A stretch of 64,000 nt of DNA. It comes from Schmidtea polychroa. Lineage: Eukaryota. Positions 13,931 to 28,672 of the stretch are shown here, piece by piece. Each line of letters opens with the position of its first letter. Position 1 is the first letter of the stretch. The stretch lies in assembly GCA_044892525.1 (NCBI GenBank), contig CM097885.1, positions 7,876,001-7,940,000 on the forward strand. The letters are read 5' to 3'. Below the pieces are notes generated by a model. It did no database searches and was not told the origin of the DNA. It was given only the letters and a program-made list of their open reading frames with translations. A program made the position numbers and the translations under genes.

Positions 13931-14809
13931 ATATAACAATAAACAAAGTAAAATACGCCATAATATGAATTATTGTAATGATGCTCTTGGTAAGAGCATA
14001 AACTGTCCTTCAAAAAATGCATTTTATTCGTTTCGCAACGGATTTCTTTCATCTGAATTTTAGATTTCAAAGTGATTTTTCTTGAATAATTGATTTTTCC
14101 ACACCAATTATCGAATTTCAATTATATTTATTCAATTTTCCAGAACAAAAATACAAATGAAAACTTATTTATGTTTGTAATTCCTATCGAATAAAACCTG
14201 TAAAACATGTAAATGTTTCAGCAAACATTTTCTCATTTTATTTCGATAATGTTTTATTTTGGCAATAATATTTTGGGAAAAAAAAATCTAAATATTTTCA
14301 AACCCTAAAATTTCTCAAGGTCGTTTGACCAACCAACCTTGACATTCCAACTGAGTTGGGCAATTTTACCTCGGTTTCTATTTTTCCAATTATTAAATAA
14401 GTAAAAATATATTTTGTTAATTTAATTACTAATTACAAAATTTGTAATAAAAATACAATTTGTTGATTAACATTTGTGATTAAAAGACAAATATCATTTG
14501 AATGTGATATGGACTTTTTCATGAAATCAAAAACTGCAACAATTAAAGTATAAAATTAGACAATGTATGCATTAACTAGTTAAAGTTTACATCACAGTTA
14601 AAGTATACAGTCACTAGTAAATAATTTAGTAGTCAAATATTTAGACAATAATAAAATAATAATAAAATGTATATTATATCTAGTTAGTATGCTGTATTGC
14701 AACATAGTATACTAGAATAACATTTATGTCTTTTATTAGAGAATGTATACATTGTCTAAGTTTATACTTTAACTTAAAATATATAAATATATATAAATAT
14801 TCATTGATT

Positions 14810-15022
<213 letters not shown>

Positions 15023-17128
15023 ATATGTCGAAAACAAATTACAAGCAAATATATTTAGTAATCATCTGTTTTATTTCAATAAATAATAAGAACAAAAAAA
15101 TATTTTTACCAAATGAGCTCAAGAAATCCATGTCAAAAACAGGAATTCTGTGAGATTTCCAACTCGGAATAGAAACCATTAATCTTTTCATTCTCAGTCA
15201 TTCGTGAGGCCAAATTAAGTCATATTTAGAGATTTCTTTATATTCGTAGACGAAATTATTCCAATTTTCATTTGTTTTAATTTTACGGATAATTTCCAAA
15301 AAGAAACTTTTTTCAAAATTGTAGTTTTAATAATGGAAAATTTGCATCTGTTTCAAATGGAACCAGACGCCAGTTTGTAACTTCTAAAGAAGCTTTTTAT
15401 ATTTACATGAGAAAATATGAGTATTTATTCAATTTTCTATTTTTCAATGAAATTATAAAACATTTTTAATTGATTTTATAAGATTTGTTTTCAAAATTTG
15501 TTGTTTTATTACAGTATTTTCTCTGCATTAATTATAGAATTCTGTCTTTTAAAACATTTTTTACATTTTATAAATAGCACATATCGGTTTTTTTCTCTAT
15601 TTTCAACTATCGATTTATATTTTATTTAATATTTAACACAAATTTTCGACAGTATATTTTAAGCTGTAGTGTTTCGACTCATCTACTTTTATTATGATTT
15701 GTTTTTATCGAGTGGATTTATCAATTATTTTCTTTCGCATGTTGCTATTGGAGCTTTTGTATGTATGTAGATGTGTGCTTTGTATGTGTTGTGCGTGCTC
15801 TATGTGTGCAAAATTTAGTGTTTGACAATATCAACGCATATAGCAGGAACTTGAGTGAATACAGAGAAGATAAAATCGATTAAATGGAAATAATATAAAT
15901 CGGAATTCATCGAGAAAGATAGTGAGAAGCGGTGGCGACAAGGTTTGCTTGGTTCAAATTTCAATGGAAAAGTTCAATCTAGTTATCACAAATCTAAGAA
16001 TTTGATGAATTTTAAAAGAACTTATAAAGATATGTATTTCATAAAATATGCAAAAATATCTTTCAAATGTCTTGGAATCTTGAAGTTATAATCAACCGGA
16101 ACATAAAGTGTTAACTTATAATTTCCATAATTTCTTTTTAACTTTTAATTTTGAGGAATTCTACATTTAATTTCATTCAATCAATTTAATTTTATTAACT
16201 TCTAATCTCTATAGTAAATGTTTTTATAGTGATTTTGTTTACTTCTTTTTTTGTGAAGAGGAGATAGGGCAACAAAAACAGTAATAAGAATTACATTATG
16301 CTCAAATTTCTAATTTAAATATTATTTGCTTGGAACCGGAAGACTTAGGTAGTTCATCTTTCAATATCAGTTCACTTGGCAAGGATTCAATATCATAAAA
16401 AACATTTATTTTTGTTATTATTATTTACATTTATTATTAATACGACGTGTTTGTGTCCGTAATTTAATTATAAAAATCGATTTAAAAAAATTTTCCTCAA
16501 AACTAAAATAATTAAAAAATTATAATTAAAAAAATTTTAAAAAAATTCAAAACTGACATTATTGCAGTAGGTATATTAAATAAATTTATTTTTGAGTATT
16601 TTTCATTTAAGTGACCATTCTCTCAATAGATATGATAAAACTGATATTTAAACAATAGATATCTAAGAAGTAACGGACTTTTTTCATAAAATACAAACAA
16701 TTTATATGACATTTATAATCTTCAATAATATTGATGGTGGCTTCATGGTCGATGATATTATCAGACATTATGAGACTCAAATATTGTTGCAAAGACTTAT
16801 TTTCAATTAATAAATATAATTTATTGTAATAATTTTTAATAATTTTATTTTAAAATTGTTTTTTATCATTATAAATATTTTGTGAACTTCGAAATAGTTT
16901 TTCATTTATCTTCTCTAAATAATTGTATAAACTCTATAACATAAATTTAAATTTTGTCTCTTGTTAATGGAAACCATTTTTCTTTTATATTAGTTTTATT
17001 TATGTTATTGCAACTTAATTTACTGTTTTTAGGGTTCTTACTTATTTCTTATTGGTATATAAAATATTATTTGTTTTCCTTATTATGTAAAAAAACTAAA
17101 CAAGCTTATCTTAATTTCTGTTTTCTTG

Positions 17129-17186
<58 letters not shown>

Positions 17187-17665
17187 AATATAATCTGATA
17201 TTATTTGAGGCTCTGATGTGCTGACCTGAGCAATTCGCTGTAAATCAATAAAAACATGCATTTAGATTATGTAATGTCAAGCATGAAACGTGTCATCTAG
17301 TCTACATAACAATGGCAATGACGACTAAATGTTTCTAGACAATCTGACAGACTGTTCAAACAATACTAGTAGCTATTTCTTATTTATGAGGTTCTTAGCT
17401 TGTCAAAACTTTTATTTATTAAAACCCAGCGGAATTTATTTAATAATGACTTTTCTTTCTGTTTATAAATATTTCTATTTTAAAATATGATATGTAAACA
17501 GATTATTAAATACACACAATTGCAAAAAAAGAGCCAAATCAAATATTAAATTACTTTAATTTGAATTATATTTTTGAGTTCATACAATGAGTTATTGAAG
17601 TATATACATGGGAGAAGCAAATATAATTTTTTCTTATGGTGCCAATTAACTTGGTGGTGGCCCTG

Positions 17666-17738
<73 letters not shown>

Positions 17739-18090
17739 CTTTAAAGATATAAATTGCATTTATTCAATTTAAACAAATGACATAAATCAGTTTTAATTAA
17801 CAGATGGAATTATCGTAATTAAAATGGTTGAGAAAAAATATAGAAATATGTAATATTCAAGAATAAATCATTGTCGAAAAGAGACAAGTGAAATATTATC
17901 TAGTCTGTATCAATTATCTTTCGTTTTTATTTCCTAGATGTATTATATTGTGTGCTATAATTTGAAATTTTCAAACATTTTACGGAAGATTTTTAATTAA
18001 TATGGAATGTAGAATAATATTTGTTCAAGTATGGAGGTCGGAAGGTCGGCAACCTCTGACTTCCTTTATTGACATTTTTCTATTCATATA

Positions 18091-18155
<65 letters not shown>

Positions 18156-19363
18156 AATAATTGATAGAACACAACAAGTCACAATTTTGTATATTATTTT
18201 TGACATCTAAATTGTGTCTCAAAATTTCTTAAAATAATGCAGAATTAAATAATTGTTTTGGTGTAATACAAATGAGTCAAATAAAATTCAAGTACAAAAA
18301 TCGAGTATAGATCTGACAGGTAGTGACATCTATGTATGTGGCATTGCACTCATTACACGATGCACCATTTTCAAATTAAATATGTTAAAATTAAACAATT
18401 TGTACGTCACACTCACTCATATGACACTTTTTGTGGTTTAGCACGGGCTAAGGAAATAGACAAATAGATAACTTTGATAATAATTAAGAGCCTGATCTTA
18501 TGAATTAAAAAGGAATATGGATGTTTTCAAAATAATAATGTTATGATTTCTTGGTAGCAGCATTTATTATCACTTTATTTTTTCAAAATAATATTTGATG
18601 TTTACACATCAACAATTAGTTCATATAAACTAATATGTAAGTTTATTTAGTTAATTATAATATTTTTTCCTTTCACAATCTTAACTTTCAAAATATTTTA
18701 TTAAATTAACAATATAAAAATTAATTACTAAATAATTTTAAATTTACATTAAAATATATTTTTACACTAACAAATAAAATTATAATAAGTTAAATAAGTA
18801 ATACTTGTCTATTAGCGTAATTGATAGGCTCTTATTAAATCTCTTAAATCTAGACCCTTACTTATTGCGCTTCGGTGTATAACTGTTACTAAATGCTTGT
18901 ATGTTCATGCATCATGTAGTGTAAACATTTTACTGCTTATCACATGTTTAATTGCAATAATAACATCTATAATATTAAAAAATCAATAAACTTATATTAT
19001 AGAAACACAAACTTACATGTTTGTTAAATTTAATGTTTCATGAATAACATTTAATATAGAAATGAAGAAAGTGGTAGAAAATAATCTGTGACACATAGAA
19101 TAATACCATATAATAAACCATATAATAAAGAATGCATGTAATCTTTCGGTAATTTAAAGTATTGCATGAAATAAAAACATTTGAAGAAACTATGACAAAT
19201 AAAAATCCTTAAAAAATAAATAGGAAACTGTAAATGATGAAGACGAATTTCATTTGAAACGGTTTTTATAAATATCACAAAGTTTATTTAGCTTTATAAT
19301 TTACAAATTTGAAAATATAAATTTTAAAAGGTTAATATAAAAACTTAAAGACATTATTTTATA

Positions 19364-19743
19364 CAGTGCTTTTTTTCTGGAAAAAAATCTGCCGGAACGT
19401 ATCTCTACTATCCTTTATAAGCAAAAAAATGAAGCTGAAATTAGCTAACAAATAAAATAATTATGTAGGACACAAAATATACACTTATTACCGACGACAG
19501 GAAATGATTTTAATGACGTAGTATATTAATGGCGTATATTTACCGTGAGCGTGTTTTATATAATAGTAATAACACATAGGAAGCATGGACTTCTACTTTT
19601 AATTTGATTGTATTTGACTATTTGAAATGTCAGAAATAGAAATATGACAAAAAACCAAAACATATGTCAATTTTTTAAAATCTTTCAGCGACAAAAGGTG
19701 CCGGAACGCCGCTTCGGAGCGTTCCGTCAGCAAAAAAGCACTT
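19364..19743. mobile_element. hAT-superfamily MITE
   Basis: TIR cagtgctttttt / aaaaaagcactt; exact 8-bp TSD ATTTTATA (19356-19363, 19744-19751); subterminal ccggaacg repeats. Confidence 0.85.
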
Positions 19744-20115
19744 ATTTTATAAATATTCAACATCTTTTCTCAAAGGGCATAAATATAGCGAATAATATAA
19801 ATATATCAAATTAAAAATAATTAAAACTTACTTTAATCCGTAAAAAATCTAAAAAGGACAAATTTTGTAATTTTATAATTTGTCACAAACCTTCATTATA
19901 AACGTAATGCAAACCGGTGTAGCAGATTGAATTTAGAAATAGTATATTACTGTTTTCAAACATTCACTGATGAATCTAAAACCTTGTTTGGATTGTGTTT
20001 ATATCTTTAATTTAAATTGAAGGATTAAATTGTTATGATAAAATAATAAAAATTTATTTAATTTAATAAAAATATTTTTTTTATATTTCAATATTTAAAA
20101 TTTTGTAAGGTAATA

Positions 20116-20898
20116 GAGGTAGTCCCCGACTTACGACCGTTCGACCTACGACTAATCGGGCTTACGACCATTTTTTTGCAATTTCTTTCATAGAAAATAC
20201 TTAAAGAAGACAAATATGTAGTTGCGGGGAATCCCTAAAATATATGAAAAATATTTAAAAAAAAACAAAGTAAAAAAAAATCGATTTACATACATATCGA
20301 CTTACATTATATTAGCTGAGTCGGAATTTTTTTAAGTGAATAATTTTATATCATCCCAAAAATGGCTGCAACTAGTAAAACTAGTAAAAATAAAAGAAGT
20401 GTTATAGACTTGGAAACCAAACATAAAATAATATTACAATTTGAAAGTGATAAAAAAGTGAAAGATATAGCACATGATCTTAAACTGTCTCATTCGACAA
20501 TATCGACGATTTTAAAGGATAAAAAACGAATTTTGGAAGCTATAAAAGAATCGACATCTATGAAATCTACAATAATAACCAAAAATAGAAATGGTCCCAT
20601 ACATGATATGGAAAAACTATTAGTGATTTGGATGGAGGATTTGATTCAAAAACGAATTCCTCTAAGTCTCGCAATTATCCAAACCAAAGCATGTAGTCTT
20701 TTCATGATGTTTAAAATTAAAGGACGGTAAAAACTATGATTAGACTTTTACTGCAAGCCATGGTTGGTTTCAAAGATTTAAAAAAGACAACTAATTTTTA
20801 AATGTAAAAATTGGTGGAGAAATTATGTAAAAATTATGAAATTCGACTTACGACCGATGACCAGGAACCTATCTCGGTCGTAAGTCGGGGAATACCTG
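20116..20898 (+). mobile_element. Internally deleted Tigger/pogo DNA transposon
   Basis: TIRs gaggtagtccccgacttacgac / gtcgtaagtcggggaatacctg with TA on both sides; contains a CENP-B-type transposase N-terminus. Confidence 0.92.
20362..20790 (+). pseudogene. Tigger transposase N-terminal fragment (psq-type HTH + CENP-B HTH), no DDE domain
   Basis: KRSVIDLETKHKIILQFES..IAHDLKLSHSTISTILKDK..MEKLLVIWMED..IPLS..IQTKA; after a frameshift FTASHGWFQRFKK. Confidence 0.9.
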
Positions 20899-21253
20899 TA
20901 GATTAAAAATAAGGATTTGTAAATAAATTTTTCAAAAAATAATTGTTTTTTGAATTTGTTTGAATTAAAAATCTAAATGACCTTTTATTTTTATTTGTTG
21001 ATGACAATGCACCTTTCGATAATAATAATAACAATATTAATAATATTTATTAGAGCAATATAATACTCAGAGGCAATCTTAGTGAATCAGGCGTTCAAGG
21101 GGAAATTTTTTTCTTTGCTCCTTAAAAACGATAATGTGATATTTAATTATTTGAATAATTTAGTCATTAAAAACTAAATACATTTTTAATTAAACGAAAC
21201 AATTTTTTAACAATCAACTGATAAATAAATTATTTAAAATCTGCATTCTAAGC

Positions 21254-21522
21254 CAGCGATGGTGAACCTATGACTCAAGGGTCAGACACTGACCCATGCA
21301 TCAAATTCAAGTAACCACAAGTTGTTTTTTTTTAATTTTAAAATAATAATCATACGAATGTGTTCAAATATATATCTAATTAATGTATAATCAAATCATA
21401 TTATATTTACATGAATTTTTGCTAAATTTTTAATAACTAAAATAATATTTGACCCTTAGGTTGATATTTTCAAAAAATAAATTCAATTGTGAACCCGTTG
21501 TCAAAAGGGTTCGTCATCACTG
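21254..21522. mobile_element. hAT (Charlie/Buster-like) MITE
   Basis: TIR cagcgatggtgaacc / ggttcgtcatcactg; exact 8-bp TSD TTCTAAGC. Confidence 0.88.
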
Positions 21523-22044
21523 TTCTAAGCCTTATTATCCGAAAACTGTTATTTGAGTAGAGATGTTTCCATAAAAATTTATATTAAAATTTAAAAAAAT
21601 TGAAATCTTTAATTTATTATGTCTACTTACAAAAGTCAGTAGTTTAAAACAGATAATATAGGTTAAACTGAAATTGTATTGTGAAATTGCATGTTTGACC
21701 GGTTAGCGTCCCAAACCGTAAATATCTAAAAAAAATCTGAGGGGTTACCTAAAATTTTCTTTCCTTTAATGTTTGTTTATTTCTAGATAATTTGCTTTTT
21801 TCTCATTAGCGCTTTATTTTAGTAAAATATTTGACAGCTCTCTTAAATATTTTGAATTATTATTTTGTTTGGATTTAGTAAATGAATAAAAATAAAATTT
21901 GAATGTATAAAAAATTTTAAAAATTTGATTGAAAAATTCTGGAAATATAAAAATAAAATTTAAGTGCATTTAATTTAAAAATCGAAAATTGAAAGTTGAA
22001 GACGAATATAATAATTATGAATCTATAGGGCCCACAGACAATAT

Positions 22045-22535
22045 CAGTACCGTACTATCGCAAGTGCTAAAAGTGCGATCGTATTGGAGAACATATTTTT
22101 GAGGGGCCCTAAAAATTAAAAACATTAGAAAAACTTGTTTAATGGGGAAAAAATAACAGGAATTGTAAAACAGATCAAAAAAAAAAAGATCAAAATTCAA
22201 AATAATCCAAATGTATATATCGTATATCGAATAATTTTAACAATATCCATTACCGTTGCTGATTGTGAATGATCATTTTCAAAACTATAAATTATTGAAA
22301 ATTATCTACGGCCTAAAATTTCATAGGAAAGACTTTTTGGATTAGCATTACTATAGATAGAAAATGCAACGGCCAGAACTATTGATTAGAATAATATAGT
22401 TGATTAATTTGCCAGCAAGAGCTAGAAAAATTGCTTTATAATTTCTTTATATTATTTAATTTAATTAAAATCAATAAAATTAAAAAAAAAGTTTTAGTGT
22501 CTGCACAGGGTCCCAAAAATTAAAGCACGACGCTG
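22045..22535 (+). mobile_element. Deleted hAT element retaining a decayed C-terminal dimerisation domain
   Basis: Exact 8-bp TSD GACAATAT; CAG...CTG ends; ~22200-22430 translates with stops to PNVYI..RIILTISITVADCE*SFSKL*IIENYLRPKIS*ERLFGLALL*IE. Confidence 0.88.
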
Positions 22536-22940
22536 GACAATATAATTGTAAAGTAACAAACTAATTAATTATAAAAATGTTGGCAGCATTACCTTATCTT
22601 AACGAAAAAATCGCACAGACGTGTTACCACGTAAACCCATTTAAACCGTCTATTGTTGCTCTTCGCGTTCAATTAATTGACTATTGAAAATGCAATTGTA
22701 TTATAGCATATCCAATTGTGTAGTTTATAAAAGAGATTGTTATTTGTTTAAGTGATATTATTGATATAGATCACATATAAATTTAGTTCACTTCATTGCA
22801 TAGACAAACATGCCTACAATAGCTATGACATGGCTATATAATTAATTTATTATCATTAAAAGAACTTCTTTCGATTTTAAACTCTCATTTCATTTCAATT
22901 ATCATTGTATTTTTTAAAAAATTTACTAAAAATTAGGAAG

Positions 22941-23010
22941 GACATTGATGTATATTTTGATAATCACGAATCTTCGGCAGATCCTTTTTCAAGTGATGTT
23001 GATCATTATC
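22941..23010 (-). mobile_element. Family B fragment with hammerhead-like motif (22964-22996)
   Basis: Minus strand reads tcac-ttgaaaa-aggatctgcc-gaag-at-tc-gtga. Confidence 0.65.
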
Positions 23011-25630
23011 AATAAATCTTTGAAAATATAAATAAAATTAAATTGCATTTAAATTTCAATTTATTAAGAATTTATTATAGCATCACTCTACATCTCTTCT
23101 ATTTAAAACCTTTAATTCTTTCTACATTTCGAATATTTTCATTGCCCTGTTTATTTCTTAGCACATTTCTCATATCATGTCATTTTTTAATAATTTCATA
23201 AGGCTCTTCTTTTTATATTTGTGTTGTTTATTTTTAATTTCATCAAAAATTTCTCTTCTTAGACTGTTTGAATCGTAATTTCCTAATTTCACTTTGTTTT
23301 ATTTTAATTAATTGCCTACAATTAGTCTCACAAAATATTAGGTATTTTTTCTCAGGTATGTTTTGGCCGAATGAGGGATTGGGGTACATATATATTCTTT
23401 TTCGGGACCCCCCAAATTTTATTTTTTGGACACCCCCCATATCTATATTTTTTAAATTATTGAGTTTTGTTTCAATCATCGATTAATTTTTATTTTTTAT
23501 AAGAACTTTTTATATCAATATACTTGAAACTAAATTCTCTATTAAATGAGACTATGATGTAATCAAATTTGTGAAATATCATTTTGTAGTGCACCATTTT
23601 TGAATTTACACATCTTTAAATATCTTAAACAACTTGAGATATTTTCACTCAAAAATATATAGATAGAATTTAAATCTCTACAAAATGACATCATTATTTA
23701 TTCACACTCATAACACCTTAAACAATGCCTTTTCAGCCAACTTTTACATACACACACATTTTCAACTTTTAAAAAATACAAATTATTCATCTATACTTAA
23801 GAAATCTCATTCTGATATTAAAAAATTATTTTAAAAATTAAAAATTTATAAAAATACCAGAGAAATTCGAGTACTATCTCGAATTGGTGATATGACATCT
23901 TTCTCATCCATTTTATATCCTTGTATTGAAATATTTACAAACCAACATGTTTTAATTACAAAAATAGTTATAAATAAATCAAGTAAGGGGAGGAAATTAT
24001 TTAGAATGAATAAGTAACATACAGACCTTAGTGTAATATGTGTTAATACATATTACAATAAACCAACTCACATAAAGAAATATCATATCACCGATATTAT
24101 CCATCTTTTTTTGAAAATATAGTCTCTAATTTTCATTCTTCTAAGCATTATCGAATTCCATCATGTTATATATCTGAGCGCCATTTAGCATATTTATCAT
24201 CTAATATACATAGATATAGGAAATTGAGGTCTCTCCATAATTTTTAATTTTAATAAATATTTTCACTAATAACGTTTAGTCTGGCTCCTGTGTCATGTAG
24301 AAATGCCATTTATTATTCACTTAAAGGTTCTTTCAGAATTTCAACTATTATTATTAAAATTTTTTTGGTTTTTGCCACTGGTACACTTACCCTTAATTTC
24401 AGTTTATTTTTGAAAATTAAAGTCAGGAACATGAAATTGTAATACTATTTATAGTACTTCCAACATAATAAAAAAAATTGAATGATATTAGTTTAAGCAA
24501 TATTATTGATACAGATCATATACATTCATTTCATTGCACACAAACATCCCCGCATCAATCGCCAAAAATCGAGATCAAAGTAACTTTGTCATATAGTTAG
24601 TTTATGGTTTGTTTATTATGAATTATTATTAACTCATTAACGCCCAAAAGAAAACTACACGTAATTTAAGAGATCTAGTGGTCTCATCTATATAATAAAA
24701 TAAATATGAATAAAGTAGTGAGATGTAGGTAGTGAACTTAAAATAGTGAGATATCTATTGTTGAAATGGGTCACTACTTCCATCAAATCACGCCTTTAAC
24801 CAGTATAAATATGTGAGTACAGTGGGTGGTAATGGGTTTAATTACCTAACAGATAAATTATGCCTTTACTGGGAAAATTAAATATTATAAGACAATTTAA
24901 TCTATGCTGCTACCAAGAGACTATTATATTATTATTATCGATCCCAATAAGCTAGGGGCTTTATTGTATATATATAATATGAAGCTCCTATTATAAAATA
25001 AAGGTATTTGACTAGAGTACTAATTTATACAAAGCCAAATGAGTTCATCATTGAAAGCAGTCAAGAAATATTTTACAGACAATGTAAAATGCAGATTAAT
25101 TTATTAATGAAGACAACCCATTTAATCAACCAGAAATTCCCTAGTTATTGTGATGGCTAGTTCATCTGGTGCATATGGTGTCTATTCCTTAGGGATATAT
25201 TTATACATTTATTTATGATTTCCTTGAATATATTGCATATGTAAATTATTTATTTATATTTCCTTTCTTATCGGCTAACGTTTATTTGCCTAGCTTGTTT
25301 TATTTAACCCCGTGAACGAGAATCTTTATTTACATTAAGGTGGGGTTTCTTATAATTATTATGAAATTTTTATTTTGTTTATTTACCATTATATATATTT
25401 CATTTTTTGCATTTGGCATAATTTTTGACGTCATGCTACTGCTAATTGGGCAAATGCAAATTAGTTATAATTATTCCTTTGCACGAGTGATAAAATATTA
25501 TTCAACTCATTTTTTCAACAAGGACTTCTTTTATAAGAAACACTTTAAAATTTCATAAAAAAAATATAAAAATAAACAAAATGATCAAATGCGTCTAATT
25601 TTGTAATATATTTTAATATTAAATTATTTA

Positions 25631-25828
25631 ATTTATTAAAAGAGACCTTGAAGACTATAAATAAGTGACATATCGATGTTCAAGTTCACATGAAAAAGGC
25701 AGTGCCGAAAATTCGTGAGTATCAACAAACATCGATAAATTACTGATTTATAGTCTTCAAGCTCTCTTTTTAATAAATTCAATGGAAAAAATAATCAGTG
25801 GCGAAATTGGAAAAAATGTTCTTATAAT
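25631..25828 (+). mobile_element. Family B hairpin element with hammerhead-like loop (25686-25718)
   Basis: Arms atttattaaaagagaccttgaagactataaat..atcgatg / catcgat..atttatagtcttcaagctctctttttaataaat; loop tcacatgaaaaaggcagtgccgaaaattcgtga; tail ..gttcttataat. Confidence 0.82.
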
Positions 25829-26771
25829 TAAATTATTTATTTTGATTTTGACATAATGAGTATAACATTAAATAATATTTGATCTTTTGTCAATATTAAA
25901 TGAAATATAAATAAATATGCATCAGAGATAACCAATAAATAAAAGGTTTTATTAATAATACTAAAATAATTTTAAATATGAAATATGTTGTCTTTATTTA
26001 CAACATTATTTGATATCTGGTCTTCTTCTAATGTAATATTTGACTTAATCTTATTCATAACTTCCTATACTAGTTCAATTAAGACAGTTGAAATATCAAC
26101 GGATTCAAGTCATATCAACAATGTTTCTGTAGATATTATTTTCATTCATTGCATTTTCTTAATTTGGATTTGAATTCAAATAACTATTAACAGTTTGTAT
26201 TACACAAAGGACTTCTTTCTGAGTTTTAGGTGCAAGGCTTTCGATATATTACTATTTACAGGTATCATCAATATATTTAATAGTATCTCCTTCTAATTTC
26301 ATGCTTTTTTCATAGCACAATGAGATACGCTTTACACTATAGAAATCGAAAAACTGGTAGAAAAATTAAATACTGCACACAAACACAAACCTACTAAAAA
26401 TTCATTCAAACTTTCGATATATAGAAACGCGCCTCTGAGATAAGTTTCTATAATAACTTTCTATAATCTATTTATGAATCAATTACGTTAAGTTGTCATG
26501 AAAATGTAGGAATATTACCTTAAGATTTATTTTAAAGTTAAAATTAAGTTATTTATTCCTTAGAATTTCAGATATTTCTATAAAAACTTTCTTTAATTAA
26601 TTATAATTCCAAATTTATTTAACTTACATTAAATTAAAATAATTGCAAAAAATATTTCAAGCATAAAATCCTTAAAAATTAGGGGAAAAGTAAAATAAAA
26701 ATATATTATAATAAAAATGTTGACTAAAAGTAATATTTAATTAATTATATGGAATTAAAATGCAATCTTAA

Positions 26772-26939
26772 CCCTCTGACCGAGTATCTCGCGATTTGGA
26801 CGTGCTCGCATTTATTTATGTTTTCTCATGTTGCTATTCCGCGATTTCTCATTTCAAGTTCTTTTTGAGCTGATAATTTTATGCATCCCGATTTCGATGT
26901 ACTATAAATTAAATTTGAAAAGAAAACGCGGTCAGAGGT
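26772..26939. mobile_element. piggyBac-type MITE
   Basis: TTAA both sides; TIR ccctctgaccg / cggtcagaggt. Confidence 0.72.
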
Positions 26940-28478
26940 TTAATATACCTAAAGATAAAATCTTGAAAGCCATTTCTAGAATTCCTGAAATAAATTACAT
27001 AAAATAAAATCCATTTTCGCATAAATGGCGAGTCACAAATAATTGATGTACACACCAACCACCATTATAGAAATCGCATCTCAATGGTTTCTGGTTTAGC
27101 AAAATAATGAATCCCGCATACGCTCATCAAGACATAGACGCAAGAAAATTTATCAATTATATGTACATTATCCTTAAGAGAATTGCAGTAGTTAACATAT
27201 AACATTATGTCAAAAACAGGAATTTTATTAAAATTTCCTGCTTAGAATAGAAACTTATGACGTTCAAAGCTGTTTATGAAAATAATTCTTTATGCTATGT
27301 GTTTTGTGGATAAATATTAAATAACTTAGATATTATCAGATACTTTTCCGTGTTGAAGGTCAAAGGAGTTAAAATATGCCCAGGTCTTCTAAGGGTTTTT
27401 GAAATTAGTTTACATATTTTTGAAATCTTGGATGGTAGATCGAGTTCTTCTAACATCGGTCTAATAAATTTTCACATTAACGACATAACTTGTTCGTTGG
27501 TTCGTTTGTGGAGAAAGCAAGGTATTATTACACAGATTCATATAATTCAAGGATAAAATCTTTTATAACAACTCTCTCTCGCTCTTTATCCATGTTCTTT
27601 TTGATACTCAATTCACGTGAATAATCAAAGCGGTTACAGCGAGACTTATTTTATCTGCCTATGATGTTATCATGTTATTCTGTCTATATATGTTATTCAA
27701 ATTATCAAATCTAAATTATAAACTATAACGAACCCATAGGTTTACTATATGGCAACCTAAATAATGGTACTGGAAGGTATCTTTGGTCAGATATTACTAT
27801 TTCTTTCATTTCTTTGGTCAAATTATGGTTAAAAAATCTATTAGATTACTATTAGATTAACCGTTAAATACTTTCACTGCACCTCAGTGGCTATTTTAAA
27901 TTTATATTTTTGCAATATTTGAATTTATTTTAATTGAAGATTTTGTGTTCTTTGATGAGTGAAGAAATACATATGTTCTTTTAAAAAAAGATTATCCAGA
28001 TCTGCATTAAACTTATATTGGAACTACTGTAGTGCAAGGAAAATGTTTGTATAACAACATTTATGTCATATAAAATGATATAATTTCTAATGCAGACTAG
28101 TTACGAGTTTATTAACCAATCACCAATGTTATATATGAAAATTGGTTATACTCTGTGTTAAACACAATCATACTGCTATCAGGTATGCTAATCTAGTCAC
28201 TACATCATCAGACCATGTTTGCATTTTAAATCTTCAAATAATCAAATACATATTTATAATATTAATTACTTTTAATAATAATGTTTATTTCAGGGGGCTA
28301 AAAATAATTTAATTAAGTCAAAAAAGAAAGTCTTAACGACGATTCGTACGTCACCATTATGTAATGTTTTTTGTAAAAAGCTTTTTGATAATTATTCAAT
28401 TTATAAATAAATACATTGTTTCGACCAGTCAGAGGGGGATTGCCTCTGACTGGCAGTTTGTTGCATGCTTCTTTTGGT

Positions 28479-28542
28479 TCGCGTCTGTGTGCGCGGTCTG
28501 GTTTTGTTCGAATATTGTTGGTGTGCGCACACAGACGCGAGA
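28479..28542 (+). promoter_or_regulatory. Inverted pair of the CGCGTCTGTGTGCGC motif upstream of cassette 1
   Basis: tcgcgtctgtgtgcgc (28479-28494) and gtgcgcacacagacgcgaga (28523-28542); the same motif occurs six times upstream of cassette 2. Regulatory role inferred from position. Confidence 0.55.
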
Positions 28543-28672
28543 AGTAGGTAATTTCTTGGGTTATTGTAATTTTTGTGATATTAATTTTTGTAGAAATTAG
28601 ATTTGATTTTGTCGTTTGTTTTATTGATTAATTTTGGAATTCGGGAAGTGTGGAATTTAAAAGAGCGAAAAT

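Noticed and set aside
25149..25334. Solo-LTR-like TG...CA segments (also ~18800-19016, 36206-36377)
   Set aside because: No matching TSD or partner LTR in the window.
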